DNA of 62,848 nt, filler included, from Choristocarpus tenellus KU-1152 (lineage: Eukaryota; Protista; Phaeophyceae), in the NCBI GenBank assembly GCA_964200185.2. It is 12 parts of 12 records of this genome, joined end to end, with 100 filler letters (N's around TTAATTAATTAA, not from the genome) between each part and the next. Parts side by side here need not be neighbours in the genome. Positions count along the whole stretch, not along the records: positions 11,783 to 15,806 come from CAXNAD020016615.1; positions 15,907 to 33,958 come from CAXNAD020000585.1; 10 more parts are not named here. One strand, written 5' to 3'. The position numbers and the translations under genes are program-made. This document shows, piece after piece, positions 12,392 through 23,687 of this stretch (position 1 is the stretch's first letter; each line of letters opens with the position of its first letter). A model generated the notes under the pieces. The model searched no databases, was not told the DNA's origin, and saw nothing but the letters and a program-made list of their open reading frames with translations.

Positions 12392-15300
12392 CTGGCAGAC
12401 AATGTCCCAGCAGCAGAAGCTTCAGCTGACGCATACGCCAAGGTGCATAGCCCCCCCCTCAAACCACGACTCTCACCCCTCTCCTCCCTGTGTCCACCGC
12501 TACCATTGGCACGCCTGCTGACCCCATCACAGCTTGGACTGTTTTCCCCACCATACGAACTGACCCGGCCTACAACACCCCCACTGACGCTCTCCCCCCT
12601 GCCCCCAGCATTCACGGGCTCTTGCTTGGGCTTTTTTGAGCCAACCTGAGTGAAGTCATTGGTTGTGGTTTTCGACGTGATGGGGACGAGAAGAGAGAGT
12701 CAGCCGCCTGTCTGCACCAGAAAAAAAAGAAGAAAAATGATAAAATGCCTGATACTACTATACCACATGCATGTATGTAGAACGAACGTGCAGTCTTGAC
12801 TTAAACAGGATGTATCAGAAAAAGAAAAAGAAAAACGCCTATTACTAGTACACCACGTGCGCACAGAACACCCAGCCTTAAACAGTATGTATCAGAAAAA
12901 GAAAAAGAAAAAGAAAAAGAAAAAAGAAAAAATGATAAAAAAGTGTATTATTACTATAACACATAAGAGTATAGAACGCACGGTCTTAAAACGGCGTGCG
13001 TCAGAAAGCAAAAAAAAAACATCACTCAGAACACGAACATGAGTTGATCCTTTTTTTTAAGGGTGGGGGAAAAATATTTTTTTTAAATAAAATAAAATAA
13101 AATAAAATATTGCTGCTACACCGCTCTACCGAACGTTTTCAAGTGCACCGACAGCCACTTGAAGATGATAAACAAATAACATGCCGTGGTGGGGGGTGAG
13201 TAGTTCTTACGTTACAAAAATAAATAAATAAGATGGAAACATTTTCGACTAGCCACGCAAATAAACCCCCTCTCTTTCAAAAAATATTTCTGCTAAGAAC
13301 AGAGTTCATTTACCTCACACAGGACCGAGATCAAAAAGATGGGAATGCATCCTAGATAAATGACAGGGAAGGAGGTCGGTCCTTCACCCTGTTTTTTTTT
13401 TGAAGGGAGATGAGTTGAGCGTATGTCTGTGGGAGCTCCGTGCTTCCTCTTCTCCTCAACGTGCTAGTGCTGAGGTTAACAGGCTGTGGGAACTTAAAAG
13501 ACTTCACTTTCAAAACATGCACTTTAACCACCAAGGAATTAAAAAAAAAAGTCACTGTCCTACACGGTGATAGTCCTCTATCCACAGAAAAAAAAAAAAT
13601 CATGTAAATAAAAAACAAATATCAACCCAGAAAAAAAAACACAGCTCTGCGTACCATGTCAAATACATTAACAAAAAATATAAAATAATATATATATATA
13701 TATATATACACACCATTCTTTCAAGCTCACAATAATCCAGTTGCTTTTTTTTTTCAGCATGGGCTGCCCGTTGATCCGGAAAATTCCACAACGCCGTGAT
13801 ACTCCCTCTCTAACCATAAGTTTGTCCTTTGATGCATGTATCTCTTAGGGATGACCTCCGATTTCAAAACAGATTTTTGCATTGGATTCCTTGACAGGGA
13901 ATTTCTTGCATTAGAACACACCTTTCCTCACTTTCAGTCAACGCCAACACTGACGCCATCGCCGTCAATCCACCAATTCAGTTCCTTCTTGTGGACCTAT
14001 GCCCACCTAACCTCCCATTCCATATTTTCAGAACAATTTCGGGACATATATGTATTTTTTTCAAATACAACTCCTCCTCTATAAAATTTCCCAAGGAATC
14101 CAACACAAAAAAAAAGCTTGTGTCTGAAATTATTTAGGGTTGGGGTCACTAATTCGATGAACTATCTATGTTCAAAACTTCACTATTCACACAATCATAC
14201 AAGTGCCCCCACCAAGGTACTCACGCACCACTTCCTCTGTTCAGTGCACCTTTTCGAACAGTTTGGGGGGAAGGCTCTGAGCACCCAAAATGATATCAGG
14301 TTTTCACTGAGATATATGGGTATCAACATAGGTGAACAAAAGTCAAACTTTTCAAAGATATTAGAGGTAACCTCACAAAAAAGAAAAAAAAATCAAATTA
14401 TCCCCAGAATAAAAAATACTAAACCAGATTCCACCCTGGGCATTAATTTACAGCCTGCACCTACAACCTGTTGACCTGATACTTAACGGAGGAAGCACAG
14501 AGTTAACCAAAGTAGTACATGTCTATGTCTACACATCTACCACCCCCATTTTTAAACAAAAAAATCTAGACAGCCATGACACCCTTATCTACATACAACA
14601 GCATGTACGTTAACGACTACAACACCCCCCACGACACTTGCGAGCACAAACAAAGAAACACACCAACACCAACACCAACACCAACACCAACACCAACACC
14701 AACACCAACACCAACACCAACACCAACACCAACACAAACACAAACACAAACACAAACACAAACACAAACACAAACACCAACACAAACACAAACACAAACA
14801 CCAACACAAAAACAAACACCAACACCAACACCAACACCAACACACTAACACACTAACACAAACACAAACACCAACACACCAACACAAACACAACACAAAC
14901 ATCAACGAAGCTCTTGCACAAACAAACAAACAAAAAAGGCACATGGGGGGGGGGAGGGAAGTGGGGAGCCCCACTTACCTTGGGAGGCGGTTTCCGCTTG
15001 CTGAGAACAAGTATGGGGTCGGAGCGGACAGGAGCAACATTTCCCAAGGTTGGGCACTCCTTGGTGTCCGCGCTGATTAATAGTCGGAACTTCTGCCCCC
15101 GGTGGTTCTTGCTCACTTCCTCAATCCTAGGACGTCAGCAAACAGGGTTAATACTATTGACAATGGGTGGCATTGGTTGGAGGGATTGAGGGAGTTTGGT
15201 TTGGGAAGGTTCAAATGGGGGTTTCAACATCAAAAAAATAATAAATTATTTTGCAAATAAGGCATCAAAAATAAAATGCTGGGAATACGACTGTGGTGCC

Positions 15301-15699
15301 GTAGGAAGTATGTTCGTACGTACACTACTTCGCCAAATATATATATATATACATACACAACCAAAAATGCTACAACTGGCACAATAAAAATAAAAATAAC
15401 AAATACCATAGAAATAAATGTAAAGGCACACAATACCTGAACCGAAGTCTGGCACGCCCGTTCTTGTCAGTCGCCAATTCACTATCCGGAGTGATGGTCA
15501 AAATCTCTTGCTGGTATGGAACATCCCCATTCTCATACAACAGCTGCACTGCCAGGGGCACCTGAGGCAATGCTGCCCCCCCTCCCCCTCCCCCTCCCCC
15601 TCCCACAGAGCCATTGGCCTTGAACCCGTTGCGCCTACCACTCCAGTCGGATTTTCCTCCTGCGCTCTCATCCAATAGCAATACTTGCAGCTCCATGCA
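12392..15699 (-). CDS. Partial gene (3 internal exons) with a beta-rich domain containing RFRIEEVSKNH; putative CudA/STAT-like DNA-binding protein
   Basis: Exons 15437-15699, 14979-15126 and probably 12392-12645, GT-AG with compatible phases. Translation: CMELQVLLLDE...VPLAVQLLYENGDVPYQQEILTITPDSELATDKNGRARLRFR-IEEVSKNHRGQKFRLLISADTKECPTLGNVAPVRSDPILVLSKRKPPPK, then a low-complexity exon. Exons are well supported; the family call is inference. Confidence 0.75.
12716..13020. repeat. Degenerate intronic minisatellite (~85-110 bp unit, 3-4 copies)
   Basis: Recurring CTTAAACAG.ATGTATCAGAAAAAGAAAAAG...TACTA..CAC...AGAAC blocks. Confidence 0.65.
14658..14900. repeat. Compound hexanucleotide microsatellite (ACACCA)n/(ACACAA)n, intronic
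   Basis: Directly visible. It is the source of the spurious PT/TN/WC/VL repeat ORFs. Confidence 0.95.
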
Positions 15700-15745
15700 C
15701 TGTGGACATTGTATGTACACATCGATGCATAGGGGGGGGGGGGGA

Positions 15746-15776
<31 letters not shown>

Positions 15777-16018
15777 GGGGAAGGAAGGAGGGGAAGGGAA
15801 CAACGTNNNNNNNNNNNNNNNNNNNNNNNNNNNNNNNNNNNNNNNNNNNNTTAATTAATTAANNNNNNNNNNNNNNNNNNNNNNNNNNNNNNNNNNNNNN
15901 NNNNNNGTGACCAAACAGAACTGATTGTTGTTCTGTACAGCAGATGGAGTGGAACAAAACACTGCTGACATTGCCTTACAGTGGAGGCGACGCTTTGTGC
16001 AAGAAAGACTTGCGATAG

Positions 16019-16219
16019 GGCTCAGAGTGTTTGGGGGGGGGGGGGGGGGGGGGGGGGTGGTAGCTGTCCATTCGGGGCACATTTTTTCATGTCGCGATTC
16101 TTGGGTGATTTGGCTTCGTGCATAAGATGGATAATATAAATTCACTTCTCCTGGTCAGGGTCCGAATGGACCCTGGTGTAGACCCCCCCCCCACCCCACC
16201 CCCCCAGATACTTTGAGCC
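16019..16219. mobile_element. MITE family 1 copy (full length)
   Basis: GGCTCAGAGTGTTTG(G)n ... (C)nAGATACTTTGAGCC with the internal GTCCATT/AATGGAC inverted repeat. Confidence 0.88.
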
Positions 16220-17695
16220 ATAACAACAGATGGTACAAGTCAAAGTAACTGGGAGCATTATATGGACAAACCAATGTCATGGAGGAACTGAAGACCTCTG
16301 CATGTTGTTCAAGTAATGGATGTTGGAGGTAAGAAACCATGCAGAAATTGTCATGAATAATGGCAGTTACAGGTTGAATGTGGTTGAATGTTCAATGGCA
16401 ATGCTAGACTTGAGCGTTTTTCAGGTTTTTTGAGATGTGAACATGTTGTTTTTGTGGTATCAGAATTGGACACGTTGGGGTTGCAAAAGGTGGAAAGAGT
16501 CAAAGTAAGTGAGAGTTACCCAGGGTTGTATATTAAGGATGTTTGATAAACAGTTGCAAAAAATTGTATTTTTTTTTACAAATTCATATAAGAAATTTCT
16601 GAACTCTATGTCGAAAAGTCTCTTAGCAATATAGAGAAATAAATACTCTCAGGCCAAACTTGGCACTTCATCCATAGGAGTATTATTGGTGAATTGCAAA
16701 AATACGGAAAAAAATGGCTTAAAATGTACAGCGGTCAAAACCTGGGTGTACCTCTCAGTTACTTTGACTCGAAGGCTTGTCTCTTCTGATGGTGAGAAAG
16801 CTGCTGTGTGGATAGGGGTTTGATTGGGTGAATGGAACTTGCTTTTGGCTGGCTTGACTGGTTTTAGACACACACAAGTTCCTTGGCAACAGGGACACAC
16901 AGCTGAGTGCAGCAAATGTGATAGTGGACCAAAATGGTAGGGAAAGCCAGATGCATGGGTGTTGGTCTAGGGTAGGAGGATACTTTGTTGACCTGGCACT
17001 CAATGTGTTTCAGGTACCTTGACCTTCGTGAATGCTGTTCTCCGGTGTAAAGGGTTACAACTGTATTTTTTTCAGTGCCAACAAAGTTAATTGTAGACTA
17101 AATATTGCAGGATGGGCTTGATCCAATCAATGCAGAACTCCACGCACATCATTTGAAGTATTATTTCACAAGGGGGTGAAGTGTTCTAGACAATGGAAAG
17201 ACAGTCTGTTTAGTGTCACTGAGACCAATTGCCACTGCTTTCTATTGCAAAAGATTCGGTACTGATGACAAGGGGGGGTATATAACTGAGGGTTGATCTA
17301 GCAGAGAAGGGTGCGTTGAAGACATGGTGTCCTCAGTCCCAGAGATACTATACTATTGAATAGATCTGGAGGGGGATTGCCAGGATGGCATGCCACACAA
17401 TATGATTGTATCAAAAAGGCACGACTGGAGAATACTGAGGTACATGTCCACAACTATCTTGAGGTATTCCACTGGCAGATGGTTCAGTGTCTTGCAACTA
17501 GAGGGCCAAAATGTCAACTGTGTAGAAGCTCAGATTCTGCATGTTTCAGCTTGGTGTTCCCAGCGTTGTGCGTTGCATTTCCACTTTTGTCACCTCATTG
17601 GTATCCTGTACATAAAAAAAACATGTCAAGTTGTGATGGGAGTGGCACATTGAAAGGCTGCATTATTTGACCCAACAACATTGCGTGTGATGTGT

Positions 17696-17874
17696 GACCC
17701 AAAGTATCTGGGGAAGGGGGGGGGTCTACACCAGGGTGTCCATTTGACCCCAAATCAGGAAAAGTGCATTTACATTATCCATCCGAAATATGCAACCAAA
17801 TCACCCAAAAAATCGCGACATGACAAAAGTGACCCCAAATGGACAGTCGCCACCCCCCCCAGATACTTTGAGCC
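17696..17874. mobile_element. MITE family 1 copy (full length, TGT on both flanks)
   Basis: GACCCAAAGTATCTGGGG ... CCCCAGATACTTTGAGCC, flanked by TGT on each side (possible 3-bp target-site duplication). Confidence 0.9.
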
Positions 17875-17893
17875 TGTACTTGGTCAAAGTGTT

Positions 17894-20800
17894 TTACCCA
17901 AGTACACCGAACTCATCAATGCTTTCAGACGAGTCTCGGCTTGCCACAGTCGCATCACTTTGGTCAGTCCTGCCCTTCAATCCATGTTGGATCGCAAAGC
18001 GTGGTGTTGAGTATCCCTTTTCAAAGGTCTCTTTCCCGTCATCCTGTGACTGGTCAGATGCGAGAATCGAGCATGGAGGAGTCAGTGCAGCTGAAAACAT
18101 TTCTTCTATACAGATTTATGCTTACAATTCTGCCTACACTATTGATGTATTAAACCCATGAGGCACATTTCTTCTTCCCACAACATTCCATATGTTGTAC
18201 TTAGGGAATTTTTACTCACCACACGGGAACCTATAAAGTTGACCACTGAGACTCTACGGTATTTTTATTGCTCCTCTCAAACCTTCAATGTGCATGTTGA
18301 AGCTGCCTCCCCACAATATAGGCCACTTGAAACAGTGCTCACCTGTGCTTCCTGAAGAGTTTGAAGACCTTCAAATATGTCTGTGTCATATAACAAGTCA
18401 CCAACTGCACTGATTGCACTTGTGCCCACCAACCTCTTTGCCTTGGGTCTGCACCCCAGCAGCACCCCGGGTGATACAACACCAGATGTCTGACTCGTTG
18501 TGGTATGTGTCCTTGCCCTATCCCCGTCCTGCGCAACCTCCACCCCCACTGGGTTCGACACAGAATCCAGCAATGATCCAGTGTATCCCCCCTGTACACC
18601 AAGTGAGGATGTCATGGATGATATAGCCGGTGGACTCATCTCGCTCACCCAAATCTCATCTGCAGGAAATGTTTCCCAGCTCACTCCTGGACCGTGGTGA
18701 GTGCTGTCAGACTTCCTCTCATGCCCCTGGACTACACCCTTCTCTGCGAACTTCTTGGAAGCTGAGGCTGCAGCGGTAGTAGCAAAGGGTGACAGGGGTA
18801 ATGGCCCTCTGCCTTTCTCATGGACCGAGCTCATTCTGCCAGGAGAAGGACTAGGGGAGATAGCAGCAGCATGCAGTAGAGATGATACCTTTCGGTGCAC
18901 TCGCTTTGTGCTGCCTGGAGCTTTGGCTGATGAGGCTGCAAAAGAAGGGGAAAAAACAGCAGCTGCACCTGCAGGATCAAGGCCCCCCTCCATTGCAAGC
19001 CATTTCAAATGGGTGGTGATAGCATGGAAGAGCTCCACTCGCCCACCTTGCTTTTGTTGATGGTATTTGTTGACTTTATCTAGTGTCACAATGCCAGACA
19101 AGATCTCCTCAGGGATAAGCTGTTCCCCCTTGGTAGTGATCAGATCCAGCACTGCCCCACAGAGCACCTCCACAGCGAAACCGTCTAGTCCCCCCTTTCC
19201 TGCCTGCAGTGTAGCTTTCACTGCCTTATGCTTGGCCAATAGCGCTGCACCACCTGCCAGTCCATACCCTACACCTGAAGGTCCCGACAAAGGCCCTGCC
19301 TCCCTTAGATTCTTGATCCTTGAAGTCAGAGCTTCAGTTGCTCTAGCACAAGCCAGCAGGTCCAGGTTATGTCCCACTGGTTGTGTGTCTGATTCAGTCT
19401 TTCCCTTCCCCTCTACATTCACCCTTCTATCATGTCCAGACTCCCTTGCCTCTATTGATTCCCCAGCAGAAAACCTTCCCCTCCCCTGTTCCTTACATTC
19501 TCCTCTGCTGTTGTTGAGGATATTTCCTTCCTGCAGGAGGCAAAGATTTAGCCTGGATGTTGTCATTTGTGAATATTCTTTGAGGATTACACCTACTTCT
19601 TCTAGACTTGAGGCTGCGGATGGCAGCAAGGCTGATTCTGTAGAATTGGTAGTCCAAGGTCATCACAGGGTGAAGGTTTGAATTGGAGGGACCATGGGAC
19701 TAGACAAACAAGATTGTTGCATAGCAATGTTGGAAAATGTTGGGGGTGTGCATGAAGAGGTGAAAAGCTAGAAACACAGAAAACACGACTTTCAACTTTT
19801 CTTTTCTTTTTTCCAAGTGTGCCCTAATGATTCTACATTGCCTTGGAGTTTAAGTAAACAAGAGGCGCCCAGGATTTGACCGTTTTTCATTCTAAGTCAC
19901 CTTCTCATCATTTGCAATCCACCCGTATTTTCTGTGGATGAAATACTAAGATTGACTTGAGAGCGTCCATCTCTCCAATTGTTTAAATATTTCTGACAGA
20001 ATTGAGAAAAGTTCCCATACCCTTTTGTACGAAAAGAGAATTTTTGTTGTAATTCATTGTCAGCACCAATAAGATGCAGCGCCCTGGGTACCTCTTGTTT
20101 ACTTTGGTTCTTCAATGCTGGCAAAGACCACACTGACCCCGGACAGATATTCTATGATGATGCAAAAACCAATGTAGGCCGACCTGATGCTGTTCCTGAG
20201 TCTGAGCCTGAGCCTGATCCTGAGCCCGAGCCTGATCCTGGACTGAAGGTTGACCATGGGACCCAATGGTTTTAGAGGACAATGGATGCAGCTTGTTCAT
20301 GGTGGTGGACGTTTCCTGCAACTCGGAGTATTTCAGTTCCATGGGAATTGGAATTGTGACCTCATCCTTGCCCTCATCAAGATACTGTCTGTAGCTGCTG
20401 GCATGGGTACCTATTGTAGAGCCTTCGGATCCCTTTACTACACCTTCACCTTCACGTTTTGTGTCCTGCACTTCTTGCATCTACAGGATCCACATGAGGT
20501 TTCCAGGAGGGAGCAACGGGTAGAAAGGAAAGATTTCATCTAGCTGTCCTATGCAAACAAGGTATAGTAGTTGGCTACCAGGCATCCCTCAGGAGGGGAA
20601 AAAAACGCATAGGCGGATTTGGTTCTTGGACTAGTTCTACTCGGAAAGTTATATTGATTTGTAAGTCATACACACAACTTTTGTGCTCCTCTGTTGTGAA
20701 GATTGGGTACATTAAAATAATGTACAAGTACTCACGCATTGTTTATGCAGCGGTACATGAGGTGGAGACGAAATAGTCCCTGGGACTGTCAGTGTTTGCT

Positions 20801-23303
20801 GCCAATGAGCGTAATTTTTGTGAGTCCCCTTTCTGAAACTGTTTTTCCTGGGCATATACTCAACGAGGTAAGACAGGCGCTATGATGTAAAACATTGTAA
20901 TGGTGTAAGTCCATGTTTGGTTCAAGTGGGACAAGAGGAGGGTTAAGGTTTCCACTATAGGAGTCCCTTGCATTTTCTGGACAAAGTGTATCCTCTGCAA
21001 AATTCGGTAGAGACACATGTATAAGGAGTCCCACTCACCATTCTTGGTGGTGCATCAGACAGGTCGGTGTTCTTCTTCATTCCCTTGGGTGCCCCTTCTT
21101 CTTGGTCATCAAGATGAAGATCATGTTGCAGTGTGCCCTTGATTTCTTCTGCTCCCATGGGAATAATTCCTACTGGCTGCAGTGCAATCTTCCTCTGAGT
21201 TTCACATGCAGCCCTTGCTCCCTCAATGTAGATAGCACGGTCCACCTTATTGGCCTGGGCAGTCATGTGCTCTCGTAGGAAGTTGCGCTCCGCCAGTTCA
21301 TGGTGCTCCTTAACCTGAAAGGATAGAATATGTGGATGGAGAAGTAATGAGAGGGTTCAAGTGTTACTGAGCTAGTACCACCTGTACGATTGAATGTTTT
21401 GGTTTTGACCACCGTGGCCTGTTGTGGCAGATGCATTGTATGGCATCTCTTCAATGAACACATAGAAAAATCTGCAAAAACAAATGTTCATGACTGTCAA
21501 AACCAATGCTTGCCAGATTCATGCAGAGCAATTTGCAGAAAACAATACAATACAAAGACCTACAATCCTGAAGTATACATCACCGTGTGTTTGACAATAA
21601 GATCATAGAATAGATGGCAAGCTGAATATATACCGACAACTATTTTCCCTCTTTGAAGAAATGGCTACATTACAGAATAAAGTTTAAAAAATATGGTGCA
21701 TGGAGGAACCATGCATCAGATGGAATCCAGACCTGAACAATACTCAGTTGTTTCCTCTTCTCCTCCACTGCCATGCGCAGTGATGTCTCCTGATGGAAAC
21801 TCTCTCGTGCTGCCTGCCTTCGGATATCGGTTGAGAACCGCTCCTTTTCGAGGCTGTGGAGCTCAGCAACACTTCGCTGTATTTGCTCGTCCTGGACAAG
21901 GAATTAAGTGGACAGAAGACTATTTCCATCATGTTCGGTGCTCTAAGATATAGCATTCTGCCAGCTGGCAAGTATAGGTAGAATGCCTGCGCTAATAATA
22001 TTTTTAGCAGCTTAGTGTTGGCTGTATGCATCAAGTCACTGTTGAAGACAAGACCAAGGAATAACACAATATCCACACCTACTCAAAAGTTAGCTCATTT
22101 ATCAAAACTATGGTGGTGTTGTGACTTTGGAAGGGTATTGATATTGTATGAGGCAAGGGATCAGCTTCCTAGAAAATTGTGGTGTTGCAAAATTTCAGAG
22201 CAGTGGGTGGCGGCGTTAGCATAAAATAGTGAGAGAGGCTGGGAACAGGGACGTAACTGTTGATAGGAGGAGTAGAAATTACCATGTAGTTCGAAATACT
22301 TACACATATCATACAATATACTACAAACACCAAAACAAAATGGTGGGTTGGACGGAACACTTCAGAACCTGCCATGCTGGATACAGACGTTCCGCAGCAG
22401 AGATGAGACGTCCTTTCTGGCTAGCCAACCGTTTGTCACATATGCTGGAATCTTGCAGATTCTGGAATGTGAGGTTGACCTACATAGAATGAAGGTGGTG
22501 ATGGAACGGTACAAATTTAATTTGAGTGACAAGCACGTCGTATTGACCGTTCACTGTGTGCATATTGTGGACTGTCTTTTGGGATTACAATGGTTGCTAA
22601 CTATACCACTGATGGCCAGGACGAGAAGTGGCCTGCCTACTTCATGCCACAACAGGTGAAGTCAAGACGTAAGAGCCTAGACACATCAGGTCGAGTAGTA
22701 CTACTTTTCCAATAAAACCATGGATACCGAACCAAACTAGAGAGTACTATATTGAGTCCAACCTCAGCTGATGTAAATTAGCATGTATAAACCCAAGTAG
22801 CTTACTTATCACCTTGCGTAGCTGTGCTAGTATACTTTCATTTCGTAAGCGAGCAGCACCGCACTGCTTGGTGAATGTCTCCTTCACGCGTGCCAGAGTC
22901 CGTGCGTGGACCAAATTGAACTCCTGAGCTGGAGGAAGCATCGAGATCAGCTGGATGAAGATACGGTAGACACATCTTCAGATCCCTTCCTATAAACAAC
23001 CAGGGTTTGACCCCAGGATGTGTCTTTCTTTCCATCATGCTACAGGAGGGACAAGGCAAAACATGGACAGGAGCGATATTTGATCTCGAACGAGGTTCTT
23101 GTGTTATTTGGTACTACCCAACAAAGAAGAAGCAGTTGTAGGTTGGTGAGATGAAGGTTTTGAAGAATTTGATGTACCACTTGGCAGGACTTAAAATTCA
23201 CCTGAGCTCTGGCCATCCGAAACTTGTACCTCTCCTCCAAGAAGCAACGCCTGGCCTCCAACTCCTTCCGTTGATCCTCGAGGACATTTGCAAGATCTGA
23301 CAT
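17894..23303 (-). CDS. Large protein with N-terminal coiled coil (Kizuna-like) and low-complexity C-terminal region
   Basis: Phase-0 GT-AG exons 23202-23303, 22813-22950, 22369-22479, 21733-21891, 21039-21314 and 20184-20480. Then a large exon at ~18343-19637 and a probable last exon at ~17894-18108; these 3' junctions are not resolved. N-terminus: ...RKELEARRCFLEERY...AARLRNESILAQL...AAERLYPAWQ. The Kizuna resemblance is from memory only. Confidence 0.75.
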
Positions 23304-23687
23304 AAGGGGATTGTCTATCTAGTCGTATATCGAACTCTATGGAACCAAAAATTTAATGGATCGGGCTACGGCGCTATGCAACAGTAGTTGATGCACTTTG
23401 ATGTGCTTAGTAGGTACATGCAATGTTGTGTACCTGTTAAGTAGTGTGGGGTGGTGGATTTTCTAGTTTTTCATGATGTTTTTTTTCAGTTTCACGAATA
23501 TAGCAAGCCTCCCTGTGTCTGTCGTACTCCTTTGTACATGTTTGAAATGAATAAATACTTAACGAACTCGAAGTGGGGTAGTACTAGGTACATTGCTTTG
23601 ATTGCCGAATAACTCACTTTCCACAATTGTGTTAGTTTCTTGGCTGCTACAACAGTGTGGGCAGTGAGTGGCCAGCACCATTCCGGG

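Noticed and set aside
14576-14974. ORFs with PT, TN, WC or VL dipeptide repeats
   Set aside because: Translations of an intronic hexanucleotide microsatellite.
16990-17600. Possible piggyBac-like Cys-rich C-terminus (KCQLCR...CSQRCALHFH)
   Set aside because: Motif pieces lie in different frames and no DDD core is recognisable. Too weak to call.
18701-19681. Long plus-strand ORFs (119 and 204 aa)
   Set aside because: Antisense shadows of the large minus-strand exon.
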